Shown: positions 54,001 to 63,308 of the stretch, piece by piece
Numbering within the stretch: position 1 is the stretch's first letter
Layout of the letters: each line of letters opens with the position of its first letter
DNA from: a virus
Taxonomy: Duplodnaviria; Heunggongvirae; Uroviricota; Caudoviricetes
Length of the DNA stretch: 64,000 bases
Virus record (IMG/VR): IMGVR_UViG_3300027692_000003
Direction: 5' to 3' (one strand)
Made by a program: the position numbers and the translations under genes
The notes under the pieces: generated by a model
Database searches by the model: none
What the model was told of the DNA's origin: nothing
Seen by the model: only the letters and a program-made list of their open reading frames with translations

Positions 54001-55865
54001 GCGGTGACCGTCTGCTTGTCGCCGGCACCGGACTTCTCCAGCGCCGAGTAGCCTTTCGCCGTGTTCGCCGTGTTCGCGAACTGCTTCAGCAGGTTCACGT
54101 CGCCTACGGGCAGGGTGGACTTCGTGCCGGTCAGCGCATACCACTGCGCCTCGGTCGTCTTCCCCGTCAGGTAGCCCGTCGCTACCTGCTGGAGGCCGGC
54201 CGGGAGCTTTGCTATCTCCTGGTTCGCGGCCTGGATGGCCAGCTTCGACTGGTTCATCGTGTCGAGGACGACCATGCCGTTTTTCTCATGGCCCTTGATC
54301 GCCGAGTCGACCTCGGAGACGACGCCAGTCAGGCCCTGCGTCTTCAGCGAGTCGGACAGCTTGTTCGGGTTGATCCCGAGCATCTGCTGCTCAGCCCGCT
54401 GTACGCCGCTCGGCCCGGTGATCGCCCCGACGGTGTGCGAGATGTCCTGCGCCGACCATTCCGCGGTTGCGCCCCCGGCGGTCATGGTGGCCATCGCCCC
54501 GAGTACCTGCGGCAGTGACAGCCCGGCATTCTGCGCGGTGGGCAGCACGGAGGGGAGGGCGCCCGCGAACCCCTGGTAGGTCATCCTGCCGAGGCCGACC
54601 GCCGTGAGGCTCGCGTTCGCCGCCTCGGTCGCGTACTTCGCCTGCTGCGCCGCCGACTTCTGGGGGCCGCCGAAGTAGTCGTTCAGCAGTGTCGTCTCGG
54701 CGGCACTGGCTGTCGAGACGTCCGCGCCTTCGGCGAACGCGGCCTCAGCGGTCGGCTTCAGGACCGCTGCCGCGTTCGCGCCGTGGAATCCGGCGCTCTG
54801 CGTCCAGTACTCGCCCTGCTCAAGGCTGGCCTGGGACGTGGCGGCAGGCCCGGACATTCCCAGCAGTGCCGATTCATCGCCCGGCACGTTCTTCAGGGAC
54901 TCGCCTGCTGAGGTGTACCAGCGGGTACCCGCTGACTGCAGCTGCGCCGCCAGGTAGGTCCCGTACCCGACTGCCCCCGCGACGCCGAGGGCGAGCATGT
55001 GATACTTCCCGGCGGACGCCTCAGCCGATGCGGCAGCATCCTCGGTGGCGAGCTTCCGCGCCCTGATCCCCTGCGCTACCGCCGCGTCCTGCTCGACGCT
55101 GGTCGTGCCGAGCGCCGCGTAGGAGTCCGCGGCGACCCCGTTGGCTTTCGCGATCCCCAGGGTCGCCTCAGCCTGCCCGGCCGCGTAGATCCTGTTCTGG
55201 TCCGCGGTGATAGCCGCGGTGTCCCGCATCCATGCCAGGGACTCCGCGGTTTCCTTGGTGACGGCACCCTGGGCCTTCAGTGCATCGCTGGCTGCTGCTG
55301 CTGACCCGGCGACCGTGGCGTTGGTTTCCGCGACTGCCTTGCCCGCGTCGGCGAGATCACCCTGGGTCGCTGCCGTGTCTGCGGAGGCGACCCCCAGTCC
55401 CCTGATGCCGGCGGCGGCAGGGTCAGCGGACCCGGCGATCGCGTCGTTGCTGTCGGCGACTGCCTTCCCTGCGTCGGCTACCCCCGCCAGGCCGTCCCGT
55501 GCCCCGGCGGCAGTATCGGCGACGCCTCTCAGCTCGTCCGCTACGGCCCCGGCCCCGGCTGCAGCTTCCCCGAGGCCCTTGCCCGCATCCCCGACCGCGC
55601 TGAGGCTCTCAGCTGCTGAGGCGCCGGCACCATCGAGACGCCCCAGGGAGGCGAGGATGGAGGACACGGCCGAGTCGACGGCTCCGGCCGCAGACTCCAT
55701 GGAGGCAGCGAGTCCGCCGAGGCCGCCCGTCTCAATGGGCTTGCCGAGTGCCTCCAGTGCCGCGTCGGCCTCTACCGCAAGATTGCGGTAGGCGGCGGCG
55801 AGGTCCTGGATCTCGCCGACAGCACCGCCGGCGGAAACGGTGATGGTGGTGGAGATGTCGCCCAT
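51042..55865 (-). CDS. tape measure protein (1607 aa, Ala-rich)
   Basis: Length, Ala/Gly-rich helical composition, and position downstream of the chaperone-like genes and upstream of distal tail genes. Confidence 0.7.
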   Translation of the reverse strand: MGDISTTITVSAGGAVGEIQDLAAAYRNLAVEADAALEALGKPIETGGLGGLAASMESAAGAVDSAVSSILASLGRLDGAGASAAESLSAVGDAGKGLGEAAAGAGAVADELRGVADTAAGARDGLAGVADAGKAVADSNDAIAGSADPAAAGIRGLGVASADTAATQGDLADAGKAVAETNATVAGSAAAASDALKAQGAVTKETAESLAWMRDTAAITADQNRIYAAGQAEATLGIAKANGVAADSYAALGTTSVEQDAAVAQGIRARKLATEDAAASAEASAGKYHMLALGVAGAVGYGTYLAAQLQSAGTRWYTSAGESLKNVPGDESALLGMSGPAATSQASLEQGEYWTQSAGFHGANAAAVLKPTAEAAFAEGADVSTASAAETTLLNDYFGGPQKSAAQQAKYATEAANASLTAVGLGRMTYQGFAGALPSVLPTAQNAGLSLPQVLGAMATMTAGGATAEWSAQDISHTVGAITGPSGVQRAEQQMLGINPNKLSDSLKTQGLTGVVSEVDSAIKGHEKNGMVVLDTMNQSKLAIQAANQEIAKLPAGLQQVATGYLTGKTTEAQWYALTGTKSTLPVGDVNLLKQFANTANTAKGYSALEKSGAGDKQTVTAALSEALGGKMGEQFALMTGGSHLGTFKSDVDAVGQSVQHTGNNIKGWSQVQDTLNYKLKATEYSLEAVATEAGQALLPSVTKVLGGVSDVLGFAAAHPTATKDVMIGAGLLALPAILSKVASPISTVLSSAGKVGETLGIPGADKLAGIGQGSSTAGAAGLESAGSSLSAAAGSLEGAAGKLSTAAEGGDLGNTDKTLPGTLPSSREPGGTIPAGPVASDAESGIEGDAEKGGGGVLAAAGLRGGTDLAASVNPLAAGVGLGLLIKGLGDQLSPAGTKAGTANKDLQNDPAAAGMMPSIFGGLDSWFATSKFGSAVGTHVSNAVSETVGAFTRAGDYQTGSFDSARHQMASQGDALANSFKGNADWVTSGLDSSRHQAASAVDSIASFFGFGGGKPAAPAPEAAPAVAPVTGGWAGDMLKTGMKLPAADQTVQVKVKPEVDPASANSISETIKHALGTLGTGSAMAPVKVPAPDLSALSAAKAKAATAMASVLGAMKSGAAGTAGIGASMDAGLAGGIAGGVGAVTAAASAVAAAGAEAMHTTLDAHSPSRVTMAIGQDEFDGGFAEGITAGEGTVKKAAEGLSKTAAASLLAGLQGGQSAITTAKDLAEGIAAPFSDSTIAGTISTFEADIAKALKKGKISKSEDSGMVAYLKADGAKLQALAQQRQTLENQITQAQSYAQSITAATNQGASIISVAANAQALESGNAPAAVAAPQVSDLISGMQAQVTQTKQFTADLTKLKKEGLNTAFLDQLAQSGAATGDPIAESILGGGKGAIQQLNSLQSQMNTAAKALGVTASNAVYEPAADITKGLAAGLKSQLGAVNSSIGSLSKDITHDLDAALGGGAAAAAFKGGAEIGQEMAAGIASVTGDLTSAILAAIETAEKDAAKKRTKGGDGSSADGISSAVPAAADQHPASAVPHPAAAGSSGGGSGGGGGAAPVVHQTTTHLVVDGQVLSSVVQAHALDRAANNLGTGYQMPGRQY

Positions 55866-55914
55866 GGCTCACCCCCGGCACGGAGAGATCTGGGCAGTGG
55901 AGGAAAAGGGCGGG

Positions 55915-56391
55915 TCAGCCGAGGAACTCGTCAAGGACCGACTGGGCGATGCCGTCCATCTGGCCCTTCGCCGCCGCCTGGGCCTTCTCCACGTAGTGGG
56001 CGCCGGCCTGGGTCACCGAGAGAGGGAACCCGCCGCCCCCCCAGTGCAGGGTGTGGGGGCGCATGCCCTTGCGGCCCAGGCCGCCGTGCGCGGTGATCGT
56101 CCCGCCGTTCTCGCGGAACTCGGCGTAGATGATGTGCGGGGACACCTTCGCCGAGGCGAAGGTGCCGCCGCCGCCGGCACTGTCGATGGTCTCGGACCCG
56201 GCGAGTTTCCCGGTCCGCTTCGGCGTGACAATCCGCAGGATCGCCAGGAAGTCCCTGGCCTGCTCCCGGACCACGTCGACGGCGAGACCGGCATCCATCC
56301 GCTCAGCGACCGCTTCCCAGTGCGCGGCGAGGTCGTCATACGCGGACATGGCGGTCCCCCTCTCACCAGCGTCCGGGGAAGAGGGATTCAA
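55915..56391 (-). CDS. phage structural/assembly protein (hypothetical)
   Basis: ORF MNPSSPDAGERGTAMSAYDDLAAHWEAVAERMDAGLAVDVVREQARDFLAILRIVTPKRTGKLAG... Confidence 0.45.
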   Translation of the reverse strand: MNPSSPDAGERGTAMSAYDDLAAHWEAVAERMDAGLAVDVVREQARDFLAILRIVTPKRTGKLAGSETIDSAGGGGTFASAKVSPHIIYAEFRENGGTITAHGGLGRKGMRPHTLHWGGGGFPLSVTQAGAHYVEKAQAAAKGQMDGIAQSVLDEFLG

Positions 56392-56490
56392 GGCACCGGG
56401 CGACCGGGTCCAGCCATTCCGCTACCTCGGCCGGGTAGTCATCCGGGGTCCGGGGATGCAGGAAGTGCCGGACGATGTGGATGCAGTGCG

Positions 56491-56952
56491 TTATGGTTCC
56501 GGCGTCTGCTCCGGCTGGGGGGCAGAGGCATCCGTGCTGGAGGTAGGTGCGGAGGTGGGCGTGCTCTGGTTCCGTTTTGGGCCGCCGCCCACGAGGCGGT
56601 TAGAAGCCTCCAGTCCCTTCTCGTCCAGGGCGGTGACGATGTCCAGGTCCGTCTCGTCCCGCATCCCCGGCGTCCACGGCAGGGCGAAGCGGGAACTGGA
56701 GGTCAGCAGCCTGCCCAGCACCGCGTCGAGGAGCGTGATGTTGTCCTCGACGAGGAGCTCCGCCGGGACCGCCGGGACCTCCAGCATGACAGCCGAGTTG
56801 GCCGGGTCCGGCCCGCTCGTCGCGGGCTTCGCTGTCCCGTTCTCCCGCCGGAGCTTGTCACGGAGGATGAGGTACCACTTCTGGTCCCCGCCGGTCAGTT
56901 CCGTGCGGATCTCCGCGTACTCGCCGTCGCCGAGATCGATCTTGTCTGGCAT
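56491..56952 (-). CDS. putative tail assembly chaperone (acidic)
   Basis: Acidic 153-aa product immediately upstream of the tape-measure region (MPDKIDLGDGEYAEIRTELTGGDQKWYLILRDKLRRENG...). Confidence 0.4.
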   Translation of the reverse strand: MPDKIDLGDGEYAEIRTELTGGDQKWYLILRDKLRRENGTAKPATSGPDPANSAVMLEVPAVPAELLVEDNITLLDAVLGRLLTSSSRFALPWTPGMRDETDLDIVTALDEKGLEASNRLVGGGPKRNQSTPTSAPTSSTDASAPQPEQTPEP

Positions 56953-57038
56953 GTGCCTCCGGTGCTTTCCGGGAGAAAGGAAAACGCGCCCCGAGGTACC
57001 CGGACGCGCACGGATTAGACGTGATGGAATGGTTACGT

Positions 57039-58298
57039 TCAGTAACCGGGCACGGCGTTCACGAGCACGAGCTGGCTCGGGGTCGTCCCACCGCTATTTC
57101 CCGCTCCCGTGCTGCTGGAAATGAAGGACCCCGAACTTTCGTATCCCCAGAAATTCTTCTGGGCGGTCAGGGCAGCCGACTCATAGCCGGTGAGCGTCGA
57201 GTTGATCGTGAGGGATGCCAGGCTCGCGCCGCTCCCGCCGTTGCTGGTCGTCCAGGTGAGGGCCGCCTGGTTGTTCGCCAGGAGGTTCGTCAGCTGACTC
57301 TCGTCAATGGCCGGCGCGATGGTCATCTTCCACGAGCCGTTGATCGGGCCCCGGCCGAAGAAATAAGGGTCCTGCACGCCGTCAGCGGTCGGGTCCGTAT
57401 CGTTCTTCCTGGTCCACGTACCAGACCAGGCTGCGATCTGGTTCACCAGGCTGGACGCCTGACTGACCGTGCTCTTCCACGACGGGTCCCCGGTGATGGG
57501 GGAGATGGTGCCGGACAGGGTGGACCCTGGCGCGACCTGCGTCCGGGACGTCAGCTTCGCTGTCCAGGTGAGCCACCCGTCCGATTTCGCGGAGATGGTG
57601 ATCTCGTCCACGATCGAGTAGAGGAACTCGTCCGCGTAGTACGAGCCTGACCCGGCTGGGGTGTTGACATGCCCGAGGGTGTGCGTCGGCGGCTGGCAGG
57701 ACGCCGCGTACAGACCGGTGCCGCCCGTGTTGAGCAGGGCGAACGTGTGAGTGAACGGGGCGACGACCGTGACGACGGCGACACTGGCGAGGTGGGAGAA
57801 CCGCAGCGGGGTGCCGGCGTTCAGGACGATGCTCGTGGACGTGCTGCCGGTCCCGACGGTGACGATCTCCGCGTTGACGCCAGTATCAACCTGGACGTAG
57901 GTCCCTGCTGTGGCGGCAGTGCCGGTGGTGACCGGGATAGCTGCCGCACCAGCGGCCAGCGGTGACGCTGTCGACGTCCACGTCGGCGTCGACGCGGTGC
58001 CCACGGCGTAGTAGTCGCCGAACAGGTTGTACAGGAAATGCCCGATCGTGTCCGCGTACAGCGGCGACTCAGGGATCGTGTGGGTTGCCCAGCGGGGACC
58101 CTGCTGCATGTTGTGCAGTTCCGCCATATCCCCCCACATCGAGTTGTCCTTCAGGGGGTTGACCTTGTTCTCCGGCTTGAAGACCCCGCACTTGACGGCA
58201 GTGAACGAGGTCGCCACCACGGCAGGGGACGGTTCCTTGCCGACGACGACGTACGCCGGGGCGACGGGGTACGGCGTGGTCGGCGGGCTGATCGTCAC
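57039..58298 (-). CDS. major structural protein (tail tube/sheath or capsid-like, 419 aa)
   Basis: Thr/Ser/Gly-rich beta composition. Position upstream of the chaperone and tape-measure genes. Confidence 0.45.
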   Translation of the reverse strand: MTISPPTTPYPVAPAYVVVGKEPSPAVVATSFTAVKCGVFKPENKVNPLKDNSMWGDMAELHNMQQGPRWATHTIPESPLYADTIGHFLYNLFGDYYAVGTASTPTWTSTASPLAAGAAAIPVTTGTAATAGTYVQVDTGVNAEIVTVGTGSTSTSIVLNAGTPLRFSHLASVAVVTVVAPFTHTFALLNTGGTGLYAASCQPPTHTLGHVNTPAGSGSYYADEFLYSIVDEITISAKSDGWLTWTAKLTSRTQVAPGSTLSGTISPITGDPSWKSTVSQASSLVNQIAAWSGTWTRKNDTDPTADGVQDPYFFGRGPINGSWKMTIAPAIDESQLTNLLANNQAALTWTTSNGGSGASLASLTINSTLTGYESAALTAQKNFWGYESSGSFISSSTGAGNSGGTTPSQLVLVNAVPGY

Positions 58299-58600
58299 TT
58301 GGGCTCCTCGGTGGTCTGGGCGGGCACGGTGACGGAGGACACGGCGGGATCCGCGGTGCGTTTCGGGGAGCGGCCTGGCGGCTTCGTCTCGCCGCCTGGC
58401 TCACCGGGCGGTTCCGCAGCGGGGGGCGCGAGCAGGACGTGGTCCTCGTTGCCGGCGACGGGCAGCCAGTGCACGTCCGGGGGCTCCTCGAAATCGCGGA
58501 TGTCACCGGGTTCCACATCGCCGGCCAGCTGGCCCGCTGTGTCGCGCAGGACCGGGTACCTGCCGCTGGGGCCGGTATAGAAGTGGTCGGGCACAGTGCC
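58295..58600 (-). CDS. hypothetical protein (start uncertain)
   Basis: ORF ...VPDHFYTGPSGRYPVLRDTAGQLAGDVEPGDIRDFEEPPDVHWLPVAGNEDHVLLAPP... Confidence 0.3.
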   Translation of the reverse strand, partial: GTVPDHFYTGPSGRYPVLRDTAGQLAGDVEPGDIRDFEEPPDVHWLPVAGNEDHVLLAPPAAEPPGEPGGETKPPGRSPKRTADPAVSSVTVPAQTTEEPK

Positions 58601-58634
58601 TCCAGAAGGGCGCAGCGAGGAGAGAGGTGGGACG

Positions 58635-58928
58635 ATGGCGGCCATGAGGCGCCATCCGCGATGGATCAGGACCACTGCCGCGCCCGGACTCCCGCGCGAG
58701 TCATGGGTGCAGGTCGATGAAGGCGAGTACGCCGAGCAGGTACAGGTGCTGGCCTCACGCCCGGCCGCGCTGAAGATCGGCCGTGTCCGCTGGCGGCACC
58801 GGCTCCTGTGGGCGGCGCAGGGGCTCCCGGCGCGGGCGTGGCGCCGGCTGCGGTCTGCCGCGTGGCGTGCGATGCACTGGCGGCATGACGGCGTTGCGGA
58901 CGGCTTCGGGTGGGAGGACTACGAGTGA
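58635..58928 (+). CDS. hypothetical Arg/Trp-rich protein (RBS GAGAGGTGGGACG before ATG)
   Basis: ORF MAAMRRHPRWIRTTAAPGLPRESWVQVDEGEYAEQVQVLASRPAALKIGRVRWRHRLLW... Confidence 0.35.
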   Translation: MAAMRRHPRWIRTTAAPGLPRESWVQVDEGEYAEQVQVLASRPAALKIGRVRWRHRLLWAAQGLPARAWRRLRSAAWRAMHWRHDGVADGFGWEDYE

Positions 58929-59350
58929 GCGGTGAGCAGGACCCTGCCGCGTGGCTGCGACAGCAGATCGAGGCCGACGCCGGCTGGACGGCCCCCCCGC
59001 CGCAACGGCTGCAGCAGGCGCTCAGCAGGGGCGAGCTGAGCATCAATGACGTGCGCTGGGTTCCGTTCTCATCCGCGCTGATGGCCGCTGACCGTGAGGC
59101 GAAGCTGGCCATCCTGGGCGAGCTGGCCGCCGCGAAGGCGAGACGTGATGCCGAGCGGGACGACTATTCCCGGTGGATTGCCGGCGAGACCCGGGGGGAG
59201 CGGCCCCGGTTCCCCGGACCTGCGCCTGAGGTCATCGCGGGACTGGAACGTGCGGTCTGCCTGCTCGCCACGGGGTACCGGCATCGTGAGGGGTACGCGG
59301 AACACTGGGGCACCACGGACATCAGTAACTCTGGTTCCAGTAGTTACTGA
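58925..59350 (+). CDS. hypothetical protein (GTG start overlapping the upstream stop)
   Basis: ORF VSGEQDPAAWLRQQIEADAGWTAPPPQRLQQALSRGELSINDVRWVPFSSALMAADREAKLAILGELAAAKARRDAERDDYSRWIAG... Confidence 0.4.
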   Translation: MSGEQDPAAWLRQQIEADAGWTAPPPQRLQQALSRGELSINDVRWVPFSSALMAADREAKLAILGELAAAKARRDAERDDYSRWIAGETRGERPRFPGPAPEVIAGLERAVCLLATGYRHREGYAEHWGTTDISNSGSSSY

Positions 59351-60497
59351 GGATCACGCTGCTGACCCCGTACTCGCTGGAGTCCGTCAGGTTCGCGATG
59401 CCGGACAGCCTGTACTCGGCGGTGACGTAATCCTCTTCGAGGCTCACGCTGCCCTGCGTCCACCCGGACCGGGAGAGGGTGACTGTGATCGAGCAGCCGC
59501 CTTGCAGGGCCGGCTGGGCGAGCGTCCACACCGCCGGCTCCTGGATCGCCTCCCGGTACAGGTTCAGGTCCGCCGCCGTGTCGAAGATGGCCTTGTATGA
59601 CCCTGCGGTCCGCAGCGGCCCGGCGCCGATGAACAGGGGGGCCTGCTGGCCGTTGCAGCACGGGAAGATGCCGAGCTCGCGTGTCAGGGGCAGGTCAAGG
59701 GAGATGCCCCGGGCCGAGGTGCCGCCTGCGGTGGTGATGCCCCATCCCCATCCGGCGGGAGGCTGGGCGGCGGTCTGCTCCTCCGCGGACGTCGCGACGG
59801 CGACGGGCGGCATGCCGTTCCAGGTGGAGACGAGCCGGGCGTACCCGCTCTGCTGGACCTGGAGGCGGACGCTGCCGAGGATGCAGCCGGGCCAGCCGAG
59901 CTGATCCACCCCGTCATCCGTAGTCAGCGAGTACGACGGCCAGATCGTCGGAGGGCCGTAGACACGGTCCTGCTGGAACAGGTGGGTGGCCTGGGACTGC
60001 GCGGGGTCGCCTTCGCCGTGGCCGTACAGCAGGGCAGTCGTGAGCGGGACGAGGTAAGGCCCGGTCCCGGCCGGGGTTCCGGCCAGCGCGTACTCCAGCA
60101 TGGCGCCTGTGCCGAGCATCAGGACCGAACCGGCGGGAGGCGCCGCGGCGAGGCTGACAGCGTTCATCCCCGCTGATGCCTGCGCCGCGAACGTCGTCAC
60201 GGTACCGGCCGTGAACTGGTCAGTACCGATCATCGCCCGGTACAGCCACCCGGCCCAGTCCGGGTAAGCCTGGGTTGTTATCGTCCAGTCTGACCAGTAC
60301 GGGCCCTGCTGGATGTCCTGCGTATCAGTGTCGGTGCCCATCAGGGAACGGTCGGTGAGCTGGGTGATCGCGGACCGGTACCGGGTGCCGGTGCTGAACG
60401 GGACAGTGAACGAGGGGGCAACGTAGACGGCGTCCGAGGATTCGGCGGCGATGCCGAGCCTGGCGGTGGCGGACAGGACCGAGTACGTCACCGGCAC
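59322..60497 (-). CDS. phage structural protein (391 aa)
   Basis: ORF MPVTYSVLSATARLGIAAESSDAVYVAPSFTVPFSTGTRYRSAITQLTDRSLMGTDTDTQDIQQGPYWSDWTITTQAY... Confidence 0.5.
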   Translation of the reverse strand: MPVTYSVLSATARLGIAAESSDAVYVAPSFTVPFSTGTRYRSAITQLTDRSLMGTDTDTQDIQQGPYWSDWTITTQAYPDWAGWLYRAMIGTDQFTAGTVTTFAAQASAGMNAVSLAAAPPAGSVLMLGTGAMLEYALAGTPAGTGPYLVPLTTALLYGHGEGDPAQSQATHLFQQDRVYGPPTIWPSYSLTTDDGVDQLGWPGCILGSVRLQVQQSGYARLVSTWNGMPPVAVATSAEEQTAAQPPAGWGWGITTAGGTSARGISLDLPLTRELGIFPCCNGQQAPLFIGAGPLRTAGSYKAIFDTAADLNLYREAIQEPAVWTLAQPALQGGCSITVTLSRSGWTQGSVSLEEDYVTAEYRLSGIANLTDSSEYGVSSVILSNYWNQSY

Positions 60498-60751
60498 CCC
60501 TAGCTGGGATGATGGCGGGATGGGTAACGGTGACCTGATAGCGCAGACGCGACAGCAGTACGAGGCAGCGGCCGAAGCAGGCTGGCAGCGGCTCCGCCTG
60601 GCCGGCGGCTGGCTGTGGACCCGGCTGGCACCTCAGCCGCCGGCTGACGGCGGACTCCTCGCGCCGGGCGGGGTGCTGATCGGCGTTGCGGCCGGCGGCA
60701 TCATCAGCGCGACGCGGGCTTGGCTCGGCGCGAGGCGCGGAGCCTGGCGGG

Positions 60752-61180
60752 ATGAGTAACGAGCCGCCGTCACTGGCCATGCCGGGCGTGGTGATGACGG
60801 ACTGGCTGGGTCAGGCGTACGGCGTCGGCGACACGGTGCTGTACCCGGCGATGTCCGGACGGTCACCGCAGATCGTGATGGGCGCCGTGACCGACATCGG
60901 CGTCTGGTACCGGGGCGACGACTACGACTGGGTCCGCGCCGGGAACGACGCGGAACTGTCCGGCCGCAGTCAGGTGCAGACCAGGGTCATGATCACCCCG
61001 GAGCGGACAAGCCGCTGGCAGCAGCATTACAGCGGGCCGGACGGCAGCGGCGAGCACGCCGCGATCGGCTTCGTGTACAAGGAACCGCAGCATCCGGTCA
61101 CCTTGACAATCACCGGCAACATCACGAAGTGGCCTGGGGACCAGGATCTCCCTGCCGGCGGAAAGGGAAGGATCCTCTGA
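60752..61180 (+). CDS. hypothetical protein (start MSNEPPS)
   Basis: ORF ...MPGVVMTDWLGQAYGVGDTVLYPAMSGRSPQIVMGAVTDIGVWYRGDDYDWVRAGNDAELSGRSQVQTRVMITPERT... Confidence 0.4.
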   Translation: MSNEPPSLAMPGVVMTDWLGQAYGVGDTVLYPAMSGRSPQIVMGAVTDIGVWYRGDDYDWVRAGNDAELSGRSQVQTRVMITPERTSRWQQHYSGPDGSGEHAAIGFVYKEPQHPVTLTITGNITKWPGDQDLPAGGKGRIL

Positions 61181-61747
61181 TGCCTGGCGTGCTCCATGAC
61201 CAGCTGGCCGGTTACGCACGCCGCTCAGTTGAGCGGCACAGCGAATGGGACGGCCCGCATGCTTTCGAGATCCTGTGCCGTGAGGACGGCGAGATCATCC
61301 CGAGGGTGTACGCGTGCATCATGACGGACGTCTCGCCGCAGCAGTACCCCGCCCTCATGCGGGACATGGTGTACGAGTGGATCCGGGACCACCCCGGCGA
61401 GCCCCCTTACGCCTTCGCCCTCTCCTCCGAGGGCTATGCAGCGGCAGAGCCCCCCCCCCGCTGCCCCGCAGGCCGAACGTGACGCATACTGGCAGGCTGC
61501 CCGGACACCGTGCGGGTTCCGTGACCTCCCCGGCACCCGGGAAGAGTTCGCGACCTGGGTCGTGGACGTCCACGGCCGGGGCTGGCGGGCCGGGCATTAC
61601 CGTGACGATCCCGCCATCATCAGCGAGAGCAAGCACGCACCCGGGACCCTCCCCGCGACCGCGATGATCAAGGGGTTGCAGAAAGTCGCCTACGCGACCG
61701 GGATGAGCGAGTACGGGCTGCACGGACCGCGGGGCCAGTGGAACTGA
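61180..61747 (+). CDS. hypothetical protein apparently split by a frameshift within a C10 homopolymer (61450-61459); ATGA-coupled to the upstream gene
   Basis: ...ALSSEGYAAAEPPP (frame A) continues as AAPQAERDAYWQAARTPCGF (frame B) across the poly-C tract. Confidence 0.4.
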
Positions 61748-61769
61748 CCAGGCCGGCTAGCTATCGTCC

Positions 61770-62288
61770 CTAGTTGCTGGCCTCGTAGTCGTCAATGGTG
61801 TAGGTCATGACGCCGCGGATCTCTTTCGCCGCCAGGATGGTCGCGTCCGCCGGCTCCTGTGCCCAGGTGATGTCCGGCTGCCCGCCCGAAGGCGCGACCG
61901 CAGCACTCAGGAACCGGCCTCCGTGGGACTTGTCGCCGAGGGGTCCCGCTACCCGCTGCCGCAGCAGCTCCACCGCCGCGTCAAGGTCAGCCTGTGTCTC
62001 CGCTGCGATGCTCGACGAGCCCGGGCTTGACCGCAGGACGGGCCACCGGATGTCGAGCCGCATCTCGTAGCGGGGCCGGGTCCGCTGGTTCGCGGGCCGG
62101 ATGTTCTTCCATCCCGGTTCGCGGGTGACGTAGATCGCTGCCTGCTGGGTCCGGGTCGCTGCCGCGTTCGTGTAGGCGGCGATGATCAGCCACGGGCCCC
62201 CGGCAGTGGACGGCAGGAACGGGAGGGAGTCACCTGAGGTGGTGTTCAGCCACGCTGTCTCGCGGGCAACGGCTGTGGCAGTGGACAC
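61770..62288 (-). CDS. phage structural/connector-like protein (172 aa)
   Basis: ORF MSTATAVARETAWLNTTSGDSLPFLPSTAGGPWLIIAAYTNAAATRTQQAAIYVTREPGWKNIRPANQRTRPRYEMRLDIRWPVL... Confidence 0.45.
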   Translation of the reverse strand: MSTATAVARETAWLNTTSGDSLPFLPSTAGGPWLIIAAYTNAAATRTQQAAIYVTREPGWKNIRPANQRTRPRYEMRLDIRWPVLRSSPGSSSIAAETQADLDAAVELLRQRVAGPLGDKSHGGRFLSAAVAPSGGQPDITWAQEPADATILAAKEIRGVMTYTIDDYEASN

Positions 62289-62307
62289 GTGAACGCCCCC
62301 GTCCCGG

Positions 62308-62413
62308 TCAGCGCCTGTGCTTCCTCGCCGCCGTCTTCTTCGGCTTGGCTGCCTTCACTGTCTTCACCGTGGCCTTGCGTACCTTGCCGCGTGCACGGCG
62401 TGCCGTCGCCATG
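62308..62413 (-). CDS. tiny highly basic ORF (34 aa, MATARRARGKVRKATVKTVKAAKPKKTAARKHRR)
   Basis: Below the track cut-off. Lys/Arg-rich, histone/protamine-like. Coupled position downstream of 61770-62288 is lacking, so it may be spurious. Confidence 0.2.
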
Positions 62414-62455
62414 ACCGGCCACCCCTCTCACCGGGCGGATGCCTAGGATGGCGGG

Positions 62456-62950
62456 ATGGGACTGACCCGGAGCGAGAGAGATGCGGGACTGCAGGCCCTG
62501 TATGACCAGGTCCCTGCGATCCCGGACTGTGACGGCAGCTGCTGGACGACGTGCGGGCCGATCGAGATGTCGGACCGGGAACGGCAGCGGATCCGGGAGG
62601 CCGGGTTGCGGATCACCCCGTACCGGGAGGCGCTCGCCACCGGCGGGAAGTTCACGTGCGACGCCCTCTCCAGCGGGAAGGAGTGCGCAGTCTACAGGCC
62701 GCTGATCTGCCGGCTGTGGGGGGCGTCGGAGGGCTTGCGGTGCGTGTACGGGTGCGTCCCCGAGGGCGGCTGGCTTCCCGATGCCGAGATGTTCCGGCTC
62801 CTCGCCGAGGCGGCCCGGGTCGGCGGCGGGCCGCCGATGCGGATCCCGGGCGACGCGGAGATCCGCCGTATCGCTGGACGCGCCCAGGCCCTGGACGAGG
62901 CGATCGCCGCCCGTGCTGTCCCGGCCGCGTTCCGGCGCCGCAGTGAGTGA
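62456..62950 (+). CDS. Cys-rich hypothetical protein
   Basis: ORF MGLTRSERDAGLQALYDQVPAIPDCDGSCWTTCGPIEMSDRERQRIREAGLRITPYREALATGGKFTCDALSSGKECAVYRPLICRLWGASEGLRCVYGCVPEGGW... Confidence 0.45.
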   Translation: MGLTRSERDAGLQALYDQVPAIPDCDGSCWTTCGPIEMSDRERQRIREAGLRITPYREALATGGKFTCDALSSGKECAVYRPLICRLWGASEGLRCVYGCVPEGGWLPDAEMFRLLAEAARVGGGPPMRIPGDAEIRRIAGRAQALDEAIAARAVPAAFRRRSE

Positions 62951-63308
62951 CATCGCGGCGAGGGGCGGGCTGCCGGCGGTCCAGGACACCGCCGGGTACG
63001 GGCAGCTGCTCGGCCAGTACCTCGAGGTGCGTTCGGTATCGCAGGATTTCCAGGCGGCCCGCCCGGCGATGGTGATCACCGGGGCGCTGCGGCCCGCCGC
63101 CGGCGTGGACGATGCGGGGGCGGTGCGCCGGTCGTTCCTGGACAGCCTCGATGCGGTCCTGGCGATCCTCGCTGAGGCCGGGGCACGGCATTACCATCAT
63201 CCGGAGCTCATCATGCACGGCCAGGCCCTGGTGGACCCGGGACCAGACGGGGAGTTCACGGGGCTGGAGTGCCTGATCCGGATCAGCCTCTACCGGGAGA
63301 CCACGTGA
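62947..63308 (+). CDS. hypothetical protein (GTG start overlapping the upstream stop)
   Basis: ORF VSDIAARGGLPAVQDTAGYGQLLGQYLEVRSVSQDFQAARPAMVITGALRPAAGVDDAGAVRRSFLDSLDAVLAILAEAGARHYHHPELIMHGQALV... Confidence 0.4.
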
